The position numbers and the translations under genes were made by a program. DNA of 64,000 nucleotides from NCBI GenBank assembly GCA_050506795.1, contig JBJHCF010000011.1:1-64000 (forward strand). Reading direction: 5' to 3'. Below the pieces are notes generated by a model, which was not told the origin of the DNA, did no database searches, and saw only the letters and a list, made by a program, of their open reading frames with translations. Within the stretch, counting starts at the first letter, position 1. Each line of letters opens with the position of its first letter. This DNA is from Opitutia bacterium. Its GTDB lineage: Bacteria > Verrucomicrobiota > Verrucomicrobiia > Opitutales > T3Sed10-336. Below are positions 62,815 through 64,000 of the stretch, one piece after another.

Positions 62815-64000
62815 AGGCGCGCCCGGTGGGAGAGTCTTCGATCGGCACGGTGTAAAAGAAGGTGCGAATCTCAAAGTCGCCGTCGTCCACCGGCGGAGCA
62901 GCTTCTCTGACGTTGTCGGCGGCCTCCGGTGTCGCCAGGTCTTCGAGGGCGGGAGCGGCCCGGGGAGTGAGCGCGACGCCGGTGCGGTCTTTGAGGACTC
63001 TGACCCGCAAGCTGAGGTAGGTTTTTTCCGGATCCGCGTCGGGTCCCAGATCCGAACCCGGAACGAATTCGGCGGCCGGCAGGCGTCCGGAGGACGGCGC
63101 GAGCGGGTCGGAGCCGAGCAGAAATTCGAGTCCGTTGGGAATGCCATCGCCGTCGGGATCGTCCTGAAGCCCGGACAGTCCCGGGGGGAAATCGATTTCG
63201 TCCGCCCAGGCACTGTAGGAGAGCGCCGGTTCCGGAGGGGTGGCCAGTTCGGCGATTTCGGCCGGGGTGAGGGCGCGGTCGAGAATGTGCACGTCATCCA
63301 GTTGTCCGGCGAAAAACGGGTCGGGATACTGCGCCTGGCTGCGACCGATGTAATGGTAGCGGGTACGCAAATCAAAGGGGCGGAGTTGCCCGCCGGTTGA
63401 GGCGACCGATTCGCCGTTCACGTAGAGGCGGGCGCCGCCGCGGCCCATGGTCACCGCCACGTGGGTCCATTCGCCGGGAACGAGGGGATCGGCATTCAAC
63501 TGCTGCTGCGTATCCCTGTGGCGAATGTTGAACCGGAGCGTGCCGGCGCCGGATCGCGGGGTGAGGAAGAGGTACTGATTATTGGCGTCGCCGAAATCGA
63601 AGATGCGCTGCCAATTGCCGCCGCCGTCCCATTTGACCCAGGCGGCGAAGGTGAAGGCTTCGCTGGTGCCGACGTTCTCCGGCAATTGGAGGTAATCCAG
63701 TTCGCCGTCGAAACGAATGGAGTCGCCGATCACGCCGGGCACAAAATCGGGGGATCCGACGATCATGGCATGGTTGCCATGTTCGCCGCTGTCGCGAACA
63801 TTGCTGTCGAAAGCGTAATTGGCGTTCGCACCGACACCGCCGGGGAAGTCCTGGAGGAAAGCGATGGGGGCGTCGAAATCGCGATAAACCTCTCCGGCGG
63901 GAGTGAGATTGCCGCTGATGACCAGTTCACGATTGGTGCACCATTGGTAAATCGCGTAACGTTCCACGAATGGCAGCGCAGCCATGGCGGCGGCCAGTTC
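62786..64000 (-). CDS. Extracellular protein, C-terminal part: end of a GH128-like catalytic domain, LamG domain, conserved C-terminal domain; 5'-truncated by window edge
   Basis: LPFVERYAIY (GH128-like end); FTFAAWVKW..WQRIFDFG..WTHVAVT..GQLDDV (LamG); DPDGDGIPNGLEFLLGSDP...FMRLQV. Confidence 0.75.
   Translation of the reverse strand, partial: ELAAAMAALPFVERYAIYQWCTNRELVISGNLTPAGEVYRDFDAPIAFLQDFPGGVGANANYAFDSNVRDSGEHGNHAMIVGSPDFVPGVIGDSIRFDGELDYLQLPENVGTSEAFTFAAWVKWDGGGNWQRIFDFGDANNQYLFLTPRSGAGTLRFNIRHRDTQQQLNADPLVPGEWTHVAVTMGRGGARLYVNGESVASTGGQLRPFDLRTRYHYIGRSQAQYPDPFFAGQLDDVHILDRALTPAEIAELATPPEPALSYSAWADEIDFPPGLSGLQDDPDGDGIPNGLEFLLGSDPLAPSSGRLPAAEFVPGSDLGPDADPEKTYLSLRVRVLKDRTGVALTPRAAPALEDLATPEAADNVREAAPPVDDGDFEIRTFFYTVPIEDSPTGRAFMRLQVTTD

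Overview
A GC-rich, gene-dense bacterial chromosome segment. The gene set and protein styles suggest Verrucomicrobiota (Opitutia-like); this is inference. Most of it is housekeeping: RluA-type pseudouridine synthase, parA, mutS, a SNF2 ATPase, sua5/tsaC, a TolC-MacA-MacB-type export operon, SulP, metH, mpl, ilvA, rnr, dtd, a TonB-dependent receptor, an alkylpurine glycosylase, sppA, prfB (with the programmed +1 frameshift) and uvrA. An accessory region at ~18.8-30.4 kb is the most unusual part. It holds an ECF sigma factor, a membrane Ser/Thr kinase, a YD/RHS-like protein with a 54-residue Ser/Gly tract but no RHS core or toxin tip, a Maf/DUF115-like putative glycosyltransferase, and a GT25 enzyme fused to a tandem-duplicated unknown domain. 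After these come a frameshifted secreted-protein gene, an unannotated SelW/Rdx fragment and two VapBC modules. Non-coding finds include a 270-bp MITE with terminal inverted repeats and a CTAA target duplication at the rnr stop codon, two families of GTAG-type REP palindromes (one copy supplies the stop codons of two convergent genes), and an operator-like repeat upstream of metH. Two large extracellular enzymes share a C-terminal domain that may be a sorting signal. No rRNA, tRNA or CRISPR array was seen. All calls come from reading motifs by eye; no database searches were run.
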